NCBI GenBank assembly: GCA_902802585.1
Contig: CADCMR010000005.1
Location: 23,022-87,021, forward strand
Source of the DNA: an uncultured bacterium
GTDB taxonomy: Bacteria; Verrucomicrobiota; Lentisphaeria; Victivallales; UBA1829
DNA: 64,000 nucleotides
Direction: 5' to 3'
Positions 17,331 through 25,467 of the stretch are shown piece by piece. Position numbers and translations under genes: made by a program. Each line of letters begins with the position of its first letter. The first letter of the stretch is position 1. A model generated the notes under the pieces. That model did no database searches, had not been told where the DNA came from, and saw nothing but the letters and a program-made list of their open reading frames with translations.

Positions 17331-18593
17331 ATGGAACGGCTGGCAGAACAGAACGAACAGGTGCAAGCTCAGGCTCAGTTTCAGGCGCAGGATCAGGCGA
17401 GCGTTTCCGTCGAAGAGACGGATTCCACGGCGTACCTGACGCCCGGTCAGCTCATGGTCCGCAGGTTTTTCCACGAGAAGACCGCGGTCTGCGGCCTCGT
17501 CTTCGTGATCCTGCTGATCCTGTCCGCCGTCGCCGCGCCGCTCTTCGTGAACGGCAAGCCGCTGCTGATCGTGGCGGCGGACGGCGCGCTGTCGAGTCCG
17601 GCGCTGCGCGATTTCTTCGCCCCGGACGCGCAGGAAGTCTTCGTGGAAAAGATGTTCAACTGGCTGTTCCTGGCGATCCCGGCGGCGCTGATCCTGTACG
17701 GGTGTTTCCGGAAACGCAAACGCATCTTCTGGCCTGTGCTTGCCGTGACCCTGATCCTGCTCACGATACCGTTCTGCGTCTCGAAGTCGCAGATGACGCA
17801 GGTCGACTGGCGGAAAGTCGCCGCCGAGGACAACGCGTCGAAGTATTATTTTGCGGCGGTCCCTTACGGTCCCTTCGAGACATCCCCCGACACCTATGCG
17901 ATGCCCTCCAAAAAGCACCCGTTCGGCACGGACAACGTCGGGAGAGACGTCTTCGCGCGCATGACGTACGGGGCGCGCGTGTCGCTGGCGGTCGGATTCC
18001 TCGCGACCGCGATCGAGCTTGTGCTCGGCACGATGATCGGGCTCTTCTCGGGGTACCGCGGCGGCCGCGTCGACCTCGCCGTGCAGCGTCTGGTCGAGAT
18101 CGTGATCTGCTTCCCGACGTTCCTGCTGCTCCTGATCCTGATGTCGATCATGCTGGACTACGGCACGCGCCAGTCGATCCTGCTGGTGATCTTCGTGCTG
18201 GGGATGACGGGCTGGCCCGGCCTCTCACGCCTGGTGCGCGGCGAGGTGCTGAAGGCGCGCCAGATGGCGTACATCCAGAGCTGCGAAAGCCTCGGCGTGC
18301 CCCTGCACAGCATCCTGTTCAAACACCTGCTGCCGAACGTCTCCGGGCCCATCTTCGTCTCGTTCGCGTTCAGCATCGCCGGCGCGATCCTGTCGGAAAA
18401 CAGCCTGAGCTTCCTCGGATTCGGGGTGCAGGCTCCCTCCGCCAGCTGGGGCGAGCTGCTGAAACAGGCATTCGCCGATCCGCTGAGCTACTGGAACCTG
18501 ATGCTGTGGCCCGGCCTCGCCATTTTCCTGTGCGTGACCGCGTTCAATTTCATCGCGGACGGCATCCGCCGTTCCATCGACCTGAAGAGCTGA
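17331..18593 (+). CDS. ABC transporter permease, OppC/DppC-like, with extended N-terminus
   Basis: GTDNVGRDVFARMTYGARVSL and a BPD_transp_1-type EAA region. 420 aa with extra N-terminal TM segments. Confidence 0.8.
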   Translation: MERLAEQNEQVQAQAQFQAQDQASVSVEETDSTAYLTPGQLMVRRFFHEKTAVCGLVFVILLILSAVAAPLFVNGKPLLIVAADGALSSPALRDFFAPDAQEVFVEKMFNWLFLAIPAALILYGCFRKRKRIFWPVLAVTLILLTIPFCVSKSQMTQVDWRKVAAEDNASKYYFAAVPYGPFETSPDTYAMPSKKHPFGTDNVGRDVFARMTYGARVSLAVGFLATAIELVLGTMIGLFSGYRGGRVDLAVQRLVEIVICFPTFLLLLILMSIMLDYGTRQSILLVIFVLGMTGWPGLSRLVRGEVLKARQMAYIQSCESLGVPLHSILFKHLLPNVSGPIFVSFAFSIAGAILSENSLSFLGFGVQAPSASWGELLKQAFADPLSYWNLMLWPGLAIFLCVTAFNFIADGIRRSIDLKS

Positions 18594-18618
18594 CCCATAA
18601 CCCGGAAGGAGGCTTCCC

Positions 18619-19059
18619 ATGCCGATCACAGTCCGATTCAAAATGCAGGAGGGCGCGGAAGACCTCGCCCCGAAGAAAGCCCACGAGGACGACGCCGCCT
18701 GGGACCTGAAAAGCCGCGTGGACGTCGATGCCGCGCCCGGCAAAGTCACGCTCATCCCCACCGGGCTTTTCCTGGAGTTGCCTGCCGGATACGAGGCGCA
18801 GATTCGCCCGCGCAGCGGGCTCGCGCTCAAACACGCTGTGACCCTGCTCAATACGCCCGGCACCATCGACGCCGGATACCGCGGCGAAGTCTGCGTAATC
18901 CTGTTCAACGCCGGGGAAACCGTGTTCCCGGTGCATCGCGGCGACCGCATCGCCCAGATGGTGATCGCGGCGCTCCCGGAGGTCGTCCTGACGCCCGCCG
19001 TCGAGCTGAACGAGACCGACCGGAACGCCGGCGGATTCGGTTCGACCGGCATCCACTGA
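18619..19059 (+). CDS. dut: dUTP diphosphatase
   Basis: Motifs RSGLALKH, GTIDAGYRGEV and C-terminal GGFGSTG. Confidence 0.93.
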   Translation: MPITVRFKMQEGAEDLAPKKAHEDDAAWDLKSRVDVDAAPGKVTLIPTGLFLELPAGYEAQIRPRSGLALKHAVTLLNTPGTIDAGYRGEVCVILFNAGETVFPVHRGDRIAQMVIAALPEVVLTPAVELNETDRNAGGFGSTGIH

Positions 19060-19146
19060 GCCGTTGCGACCGATGAGAGCTTGCCGAACAGGAATCCGAT
19101 CCATCGGCTACACCTTGATTTTTTGTTATTTATAAAGAAAATGGAC

Positions 19147-19174
19147 TTGAAAAAACGGAATTGTCGGCTAATTT
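19147..19174 (+). promoter_or_regulatory. sigma70-like promoter (TTGAAA-N16-TAATTT)
   Basis: The hexamers were read directly. The -10 element overlaps the palindrome at 19170-19192. Confidence 0.4.
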
Positions 19175-19192
19175 GGAATTGAATTCCAAATT
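19170..19192. promoter_or_regulatory. perfect 23-bp palindrome, candidate operator
   Basis: AATTTGGAATT-G-AATTCCAAATT has 11-bp arms with no mismatch. It lies 47 nt upstream of the ATG at 19239. Confidence 0.5.
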
Positions 19193-19238
19193 GGACGAGA
19201 TTTGAGCTAAGTACATAACGCAGAAAGGACCTGAAACC

Positions 19239-19694
19239 ATGTCGAACACGAAAACGCGCAGAAGCATTGTTTTCGCCATCGTCGCGGTCATCCTCTGCAT
19301 CCTCGCCATCATCGCGGGAATAGCCTGTATGATCGGAGGGGACGATAAGGGATATCATCCTGATCCTGATTCCTGGATTGGATTAACAAGGGAAGATTTT
19401 CTTGATTTGGCATTCAGGGAATTCCCCAGTTGCCGCAGAGGAGGACTGCATACCTGGGCATGGAATACGGATGGCATGGGAAATGAAGGATCGTATTCCA
19501 GCCACTACTTCAGGACACCCGAAGATGCGAAGGCAGATTCCGAATTCATGAAATATGATTGCTGGATGGCAGATATCCAGATCATGTCTTTCCTGTCTTC
19601 TTTCTCTTTTCCCCGAAAAAAGGAATGCGTTGTTTTATATTTTTTCGAGGGGAAGGTCGTAAAAACGGAAATGAGATATCCATTGAACGAATGA
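19239..19694 (+). CDS. membrane-anchored hypothetical protein
   Basis: 151-aa ORF with an N-terminal TM helix (IVFAIVAVILCILAIIAGIACMI). The sequence is visibly AT-richer than its neighbours. Confidence 0.55.
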   Translation: MSNTKTRRSIVFAIVAVILCILAIIAGIACMIGGDDKGYHPDPDSWIGLTREDFLDLAFREFPSCRRGGLHTWAWNTDGMGNEGSYSSHYFRTPEDAKADSEFMKYDCWMADIQIMSFLSSFSFPRKKECVVLYFFEGKVVKTEMRYPLNE

Positions 19695-19713
19695 ACGATA
19701 GAAACAAAACCCT

Positions 19714-20220
19714 ATGAAAACGTTCCAACTCCCCTCGAAACTGCTGAAAACGCTGGCGCTGGCGGCGTTGCTCGCGGCGTTCGCGTGCGCGGCGGCGGAA
19801 GTCGGGGCGGGACAACCGGTGAAGAAGCAGCCGAAGGAGCAGCCGGAGAAGTCCGCCGTGACCGTGACGAAGAACGATGTGCCGGTCAAAATGGAGTCCG
19901 CGCCGGAGCCCGATCCGGGGTGGATCGGAGATTGCTACTACTATGCGGACGGCGGGTATTACCACAAGGACGGGGTGTACTGGCGCGCGGACATGAAGAC
20001 GCACTACGTGTATGAAGAGGAATGCTGGCACCTCGCGAACGGAGGCATCCTGACGGGTACGGGCGTCTATTTCCCGCCGGTCGTCGCGCCGGAGGGCGCG
20101 CTCGGCATCCCGTGGCGTCTGGCGGCCGTGACCGTGTCGCTGATTGCCGGTCCGCCGGAGGATCCGGGGAAACCGCCCGCGAAACCGCCTGTCCGGGTGG
20201 TTATCGAAAAACGGAATTGA
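19714..20220 (+). CDS. secreted hypothetical protein
   Basis: Signal peptide LALAALLAAFACAAA, an aromatic-rich core (DCYYYADGGYYHKDGVYW) and a Pro-rich C-terminus. Confidence 0.55.
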   Translation: MKTFQLPSKLLKTLALAALLAAFACAAAEVGAGQPVKKQPKEQPEKSAVTVTKNDVPVKMESAPEPDPGWIGDCYYYADGGYYHKDGVYWRADMKTHYVYEEECWHLANGGILTGTGVYFPPVVAPEGALGIPWRLAAVTVSLIAGPPEDPGKPPAKPPVRVVIEKRN

Positions 20221-20226
20221 GCTGTT

Positions 20227-21897
20227 TTACAGAAGCTCGCCCGTCTTCGGGTCGATGAGGCGGAATTCCTCGACGTGGATCGCCGGATCCGCGCGGAATT
20301 CGAGATCGCGGCCGTACTTGCTTTCCATTTCGTAGAGGATCTTCGCATCGTCGTTTTTGAGGCGCGCGAGCACGGCAGGGTTCAGGATGACCCGGACGGT
20401 CGTGGATTTCTTCGATTTCGTGCGCTGCTTGAGGATTTCGAGCAGGCGGCGCTGAATCTCCACGCTCATGCTTATGGCGGATTTCACGTGGCCGGAGCCG
20501 CCGCAGTACGGGCACGGGTCGAACAGCGAATCCTGCACGCTCTCGCTCTCGCGCTGGCGCGTCATCTCCATGAGTCCGAATTTGCTGATCGGGAGGATCT
20601 TCGTGCGTGCGCGGTCGAGGTCGGCGAGCTTGTTCATCGTGCGGTTGACCTGTTCGCGGTCGGAGCTGTTCGCCATGTCGATGAAGTCGATGACGATCTG
20701 TCCGCCGATGTTGCGAAGGCGGATTTGGCGCGCGATTTCCTTCGCGGCCTCGAGATTGGTGTTCAGGATGAGCTCGCGCTGAGCCTTGCCCGCCTTGGAT
20801 TTTCCGGTGTTGATGTCGATGGCGACGAGCGCCTCGGTCTCGTCAATGCAGAGGTAGCCGCCGCCGGGGAGGTTTACGATGCGGTTGTAGATTTCGGCAA
20901 CCTGCGGCGTGACCTTGTAGCGGTCGAACACGGATTCGGCGCGTTTGTGGCGCGTGATCTGCGTGTTGAAATCGTTTCCGACGAATTTTTTGAGCGCTTC
21001 GACCAGAAAATCGTATTTGTCCTTGTCGTCGACCACGATCTCGTCGATGTCGTCCGTCAGCAGGTCGCGCACGGTGCGTTCCAGCAGGTCGGGTTCGGCG
21101 TAGACGAGCGCGGGCGCTTTCGGCTTCAGCAGGGCGTTGTCGACCTTCGCCCAGAGGTCCAGCAGCATTTCCAGATCGCGCTGGAAAAAGACCGCCTTGC
21201 GGTGTTCGCCGACGGTGCGGCAGATGAGGCCCATTCCGTCCGGGAGCTTCAGCCCGAGCAGGATCTTGCGGAGACGGTCGCGTTCCTTTTTGTCTTCAAT
21301 GCGCGAGGAGAGGCCGATGTGCTTGGAGTAGGGGAGCAGGACCAGGTAGCGGCCGGGAATGGTGATGTTGGTCGTGACGCGTGCGCCCTTGGTGCCGATG
21401 GGACCTTTCGTGACCTGCACGAGGAGCTCGGACCCGGCGGGGAAGACGCGCGGGATGTCCTCAATGGTGATCTTGCCGGTGTGGATGCGCTCCTCCATCT
21501 CCTTCAGGCGTTTGGCGCGGTCGCCGCCGGTCACGAGGTTGCGGAATTTCTCGCTGAGGATGGAGATGATACGTTTTTTCTTCTTCGGGGAGGCGTCGGT
21601 CTCCTTGATGCGTTCGCGCTCCTCGCCGATCTTCTTGATGTTGTCGAGGATGTCGTAGGACGCCGGGAGCATGTCGCGGAAGTGCATGAACGCGTTCTTC
21701 TCCGCGCCGATGTCGACGAAGCAGGCTTCCAGACCCGGTTCGATGCGGACGATCTTGCCGAGGTAGATGGACCCGGCGACGATGTCGTCGCCCTTTCGCT
21801 CGATCTGGTAGTCCTCCAGATGTCCGTTGATGAGCAGCGCCGAGCGGGTCTCAAGTTCCTCGCAGTTCAGGATGATCTGTTTTTTCTCTTGAGGCAT
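20227..21897 (-). CDS. rng: ribonuclease E/G family endoribonuclease (RNase G-like)
   Basis: S1 domain GSIYLGKIVRIEPGLEACFVDIG, catalytic-domain motifs VAIDINTGK and QIVIDFIDM, and a C-terminal Zn-link CPYCGGSG. Confidence 0.92.
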   Translation of the reverse strand: MPQEKKQIILNCEELETRSALLINGHLEDYQIERKGDDIVAGSIYLGKIVRIEPGLEACFVDIGAEKNAFMHFRDMLPASYDILDNIKKIGEERERIKETDASPKKKKRIISILSEKFRNLVTGGDRAKRLKEMEERIHTGKITIEDIPRVFPAGSELLVQVTKGPIGTKGARVTTNITIPGRYLVLLPYSKHIGLSSRIEDKKERDRLRKILLGLKLPDGMGLICRTVGEHRKAVFFQRDLEMLLDLWAKVDNALLKPKAPALVYAEPDLLERTVRDLLTDDIDEIVVDDKDKYDFLVEALKKFVGNDFNTQITRHKRAESVFDRYKVTPQVAEIYNRIVNLPGGGYLCIDETEALVAIDINTGKSKAGKAQRELILNTNLEAAKEIARQIRLRNIGGQIVIDFIDMANSSDREQVNRTMNKLADLDRARTKILPISKFGLMEMTRQRESESVQDSLFDPCPYCGGSGHVKSAISMSVEIQRRLLEILKQRTKSKKSTTVRVILNPAVLARLKNDDAKILYEMESKYGRDLEFRADPAIHVEEFRLIDPKTGELL

Positions 21898-21913
21898 GAG
21901 TTGGAAAAATCTT

Positions 21914-22903
21914 TCACGGGGTTGGCTGCTGTTCGGGCTGGCCGTTCAGCAGGACGTCGCCGACTTCGAGGCGGGCGCCGTTCAGGAAATCGGCGACGGG
22001 CATTTCCTTTTTTCCTTCGGGCACGATGCGGTCGAGCAGCAGGGAACCGGAGCCGCAGGACACCATGATCCTGTTGTCGGCGAGCGCAGTGATCTTCCCC
22101 GGTTCCGCACCGGCGGCTTTGAAGGATGTGTACGACGCTTTCGTGATCTTGACCGACATGACGCGTCCGCGCACCATGACGCGGAATGACATCGACGGCC
22201 AGTTATGGTAAGCCCTCACCTTTCGTTCCAGGACGGCGGCGTCTTCGTTCCATTCGACGAACCCGTCCGATTTTCGGATTTTGACCGCCACGGTGACCCC
22301 TTCGGGGGGCTGCGGACACGGCGTGATTTCGCCGCGCGCGATGCGGCCTACGCAGTCGCAGATGCGGCTCCCCGCCATCGCGGCGAGCGAGCGTTCCAGC
22401 TCGTCCGCGTTGATCCCGGGCGGGACGGGCATCCGGTGCATCTCGTAGATCGGTCCCGAGTCCAGTCCCCGCTCCATCCGCATAAACGTTACTCCGGTCA
22501 TTTCGTCTCCGTTCAATACGCAGGTGGTGATGGGCGACGCCCCGCGGTATTTCGGGAGAAGGGACGCATGGACGTTCAGGCAGCCGAGCGGCGGGAGATT
22601 CAGGATCGGTTCCCGCAGGATCTGTCCGAACGACACCACCACGATCATGTCCGGCTCCAGCCGTCTCGCATGCTCCAGAAACTCCGGAGTGTTCACGGAC
22701 TGAACGCGCTCGCACGGGATTCCCGCCTCGTCCGCATACCGTCCGAGCGGACTCGGCGTGAGGATGCGTTTGCGTCCTGCCTCGCGGTCCGGCTGGGTCA
22801 CGGCAACAGCGAGCGTGAGGTCATGGCTGTTCGCCAGGGCCTCCAGGATCGGGATGGCGAAAACGCCGGCTCCCATGAACAAAATGCGCGGGTTGCTTAT
22901 CAT
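21914..22903 (-). CDS. fmt: methionyl-tRNA formyltransferase
   Basis: ILFMGAG, SFGQIL and HASLLPKYRGASPI motifs. ATG at 22903; the track ORF begins 4 codons earlier at a GTG. Confidence 0.92.
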   Translation of the reverse strand: MISNPRILFMGAGVFAIPILEALANSHDLTLAVAVTQPDREAGRKRILTPSPLGRYADEAGIPCERVQSVNTPEFLEHARRLEPDMIVVVSFGQILREPILNLPPLGCLNVHASLLPKYRGASPITTCVLNGDEMTGVTFMRMERGLDSGPIYEMHRMPVPPGINADELERSLAAMAGSRICDCVGRIARGEITPCPQPPEGVTVAVKIRKSDGFVEWNEDAAVLERKVRAYHNWPSMSFRVMVRGRVMSVKITKASYTSFKAAGAEPGKITALADNRIMVSCGSGSLLLDRIVPEGKKEMPVADFLNGARLEVGDVLLNGQPEQQPTP

Positions 22904-23061
22904 GATGTCTTTCACGTCCGAAAAAAATTTTAAACTTTAATATATCATAGAACCGCGCCATTTTCAAATGCTATTTGCTGAAAAAACATGCAAAGACAAG
23001 TCTTCTCCCCCCGTGCGCAAGCGAAGCTGAGCGCACTACTGCAGTCCAGGGCTTGCCCTGG

Positions 23062-24735
23062 TTATTCCGCCTGCGTTTCAGGCGCGGCTGCGGCGGTTTC
23101 GGGCAGGATCACGCGCATGGAGACGTGGAACAGTTTTGGGGTGCCGCGCAGTTTCTGATACCATGCCGGGACGGCGCGCGGAATCTGCATTTCATGGAGT
23201 TCGCCGAGCTTATTCTCCGGGATCGACTTCATGTAATCGAAAAGGCTCTGTTCGTCGGTCTTCTCGTCCCAGATCAGGACGCCGCCGCGTTTCATGATGT
23301 CGTCCGGGGCGATCCACTGGCTCTGCGTGACGTCGGCGTCGAAGAATGCTTCCGGCGCTTCGGGTGAGTACACCGCCACGTTGCACGAGCCCTTGCGGTC
23401 GGAGATCACGTATGGCATCGGCTGGTCCGAGACTTCATGCCATAATGCGGTCGCCGCCGCGGTCACGGCGTGTCCGGGGTAGTTCTCGTAGTCGCAGCCG
23501 CGTTTCTTGTAGCCCTGGTGTTCCAGCGACCTGATCACGAAGATCACGCCGAAGATGAATCCCATCAGCAGGATGGCGCTCAGGTAGAAATTCGCCTTGA
23601 TCCGCGTGATACGCGGCGACCAGACCATGAAGAGCCATACGCCCATGAACGGGAAGCACGGCACAACCCACGAATAGTTGATCTTGCCGCCGGTCACGAG
23701 CGAGAAGAGCAGCGCCGAGCCGAACGAGCCCCAGCAGCAGGACCACACGAACGCCTTGTCGAACGCGGAGTATTGCGGGCGGTCGGCGCGTTTGCGTCGC
23801 CACGGGAAGAACAGCGCGAAGAAGATGACCGCCACGCCGAACACCTGTGAAGCGCGATCCAGCGCTTTCAGCGGGCGCGTGAAATGGTCCGAAAGCGCTA
23901 CTGCCTCGCCTTCCGACAGCGCCGCGCGGCCCGCCGCGTACTGGAACGGCTTGAAGTCGTTGGAGACCAGCCAGAGGATGTTCGGCAGGACCACGAGGAT
24001 GAACGGGATCGCCGCCAGGTAGAACTGCGGCTTGCGGAAGACGGCGCGGCCTTCCTTCGTGAACAGCAGCGGGATGATCAGGCACACGTACATCGCCGGC
24101 GCGAAATACTTCACCATCATGGCGAGCCCGGCGAAGAATCCGGCGCACAGCCAGTACAGCCAGCCGTATTTCCGATCGCCTTTCACGCCGAGGTAGAAAA
24201 ACAGCATGGTCAGAGGCCAAACCGCCAGCTCCATCACGTCGTCGCACAGTTCCGCCGCCTTGATGCCGTAGAAATTGATGAGCAGGAGCGTGGCGGCGGC
24301 GAGGAACGCCGTGCGGAGCGGCAGGATGCGTTTCGCCACCTGGAACACGCAGAAGATGCCCGTGAACACGCAGACCTGGCTCGCGAGGAAGCTCGAGAAG
24401 AACGCTTTTCCGCTCAGATACCACACAGCCGCGCCGAAGAAAGGTCCGGCGTACGGATTCTTGTCGAATCCGAACTGGAAATGGCGGCCCCACACGATGT
24501 TTTCCAGCACGTCGATGAAGTCGTTCGCGAGCGAGATGCACGGCAGCACGGTCCAGAAGACCAGCCAGCCGGACAGGATGATGAGGAGGATGCGCGTGAA
24601 GTTCACGCCGTCCGCGCCGTGGTCATCTTCATCGTCGAAAAGATAGTGGCGGAAGAAACTGACGATCGGGTTCGTCTTCTGCGTTTCCGCGGAGGACGCG
24701 GTTTTATCCGGTTGTGCTGTCTGCTCGTTGTTCAT
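23062..24735 (-). CDS. GT-C fold glycosyltransferase, family 39/83-like (ArnT/PMT-like)
   Basis: Polytopic, 557 aa. The first periplasmic loop DVLENIVWGRHFQFGFDKNPYAGPF resembles the ArnT/PMT DE...PPL loop. Confidence 0.75.
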   Translation of the reverse strand: MNNEQTAQPDKTASSAETQKTNPIVSFFRHYLFDDEDDHGADGVNFTRILLIILSGWLVFWTVLPCISLANDFIDVLENIVWGRHFQFGFDKNPYAGPFFGAAVWYLSGKAFFSSFLASQVCVFTGIFCVFQVAKRILPLRTAFLAAATLLLINFYGIKAAELCDDVMELAVWPLTMLFFYLGVKGDRKYGWLYWLCAGFFAGLAMMVKYFAPAMYVCLIIPLLFTKEGRAVFRKPQFYLAAIPFILVVLPNILWLVSNDFKPFQYAAGRAALSEGEAVALSDHFTRPLKALDRASQVFGVAVIFFALFFPWRRKRADRPQYSAFDKAFVWSCCWGSFGSALLFSLVTGGKINYSWVVPCFPFMGVWLFMVWSPRITRIKANFYLSAILLMGFIFGVIFVIRSLEHQGYKKRGCDYENYPGHAVTAAATALWHEVSDQPMPYVISDRKGSCNVAVYSPEAPEAFFDADVTQSQWIAPDDIMKRGGVLIWDEKTDEQSLFDYMKSIPENKLGELHEMQIPRAVPAWYQKLRGTPKLFHVSMRVILPETAAAAPETQAE

Positions 24736-24879
24736 GTGCTGAAAACGTCCTATATTTGAGGAGAAAATGCGTGTGCTGATCTGGGCGGAAAACCGTCTTT
24801 TCCACTGAAAAAGTTCTAAATAACCAATATAGCATCATTTTACGGACAATTCAAACGGATGATGCAAAAAGCCTGCCGT

Positions 24880-25149
24880 TCAGATCGGGGAATGTCCGCC
24901 GCTCATTGCCCCAAAACAGAAGTGGGCGATATAAAACGGAAGCAGCAGGACATCCTTCTTTCTGCATGTATAAATGAACTCGCTCCCGTCCTCGGAATAC
25001 TCGAAATACCGGTCGTCGAGCGTTACCGTTCTCTCTCCGATGCTCCACGCGTTGCGCAAACAGCATCCGGTTCCGCACAGGCAGACGGAAAGAAGCGCGA
25101 ATACAAAAAGCAGCCGGCATTTCCAAACATTGATCCTGTTCTGCTTCAT
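24880..25149 (-). CDS. small Cys-rich membrane/exported protein
   Basis: 89-aa ORF with an AGGAAA ribosome-binding site 8 nt upstream. It has a signal-anchor LLFVFALLSVCLCGTGCC and a C-terminal hydrophobic segment. Confidence 0.5.
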   Translation of the reverse strand: MKQNRINVWKCRLLFVFALLSVCLCGTGCCLRNAWSIGERTVTLDDRYFEYSEDGSEFIYTCRKKDVLLLPFYIAHFCFGAMSGGHSPI

Positions 25150-25204
25150 TTGCGATCTTTCCTTATCGAAAATGATTTACCTCCAAGCCGAAGATAACGG
25201 AATG

Positions 25205-25405
25205 TCAGGAAGCGGATTTTTTTGCGGCGGCAAGCTCCGCGCGGCGTTTCCTGACGAGGTATTTTGCGGAAACTGCTTTGGGGCGACCATGCTTATCGGC
25301 GATGACGGCCTTATAGCCGAGTTTCGCCTTGCGCTCCATTTCTTCGTCCACGGCTTCCTGCATGGCTTCGACGGCTTTTCTCATTTCATCACTCATGGTA
25401 GCCAT
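25205..25405 (-). CDS. small charged helical protein (66 aa), function unknown
   Basis: The ATG at 25405 is preceded by AAGGAG 9 nt upstream. The 180-aa track ORF is an extension overlapping the upstream gene. Confidence 0.5.
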   Translation of the reverse strand: MATMSDEMRKAVEAMQEAVDEEMERKAKLGYKAVIADKHGRPKAVSAKYLVRKRRAELAAAKKSAS

Positions 25406-25467
25406 AGTGTAAAACTCCTTGTGATTTGAATAATTGGTTATTAACAAAAGAGTCGTAAAACAGTCAT

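Noticed and set aside
15303-17918. Very long antisense ORFs opposite clear genes. Examples: 15303-17918(-) versus clpC, 30536-33238(-) versus the RND pump, 34727-37294(-) versus the M16 peptidase, 54570-57818(+) versus PFOR/ligase, 7531-9834(-), 20275-22068(+), 5413-6684(-) and 1794-3587(-).
   Set aside because: Their translations are Arg/Gly/Ala/His/Asp-rich low-complexity strings with no motifs. The opposite strand encodes proteins with unambiguous family signatures. Long stop-free antisense frames are expected in GC-rich DNA.
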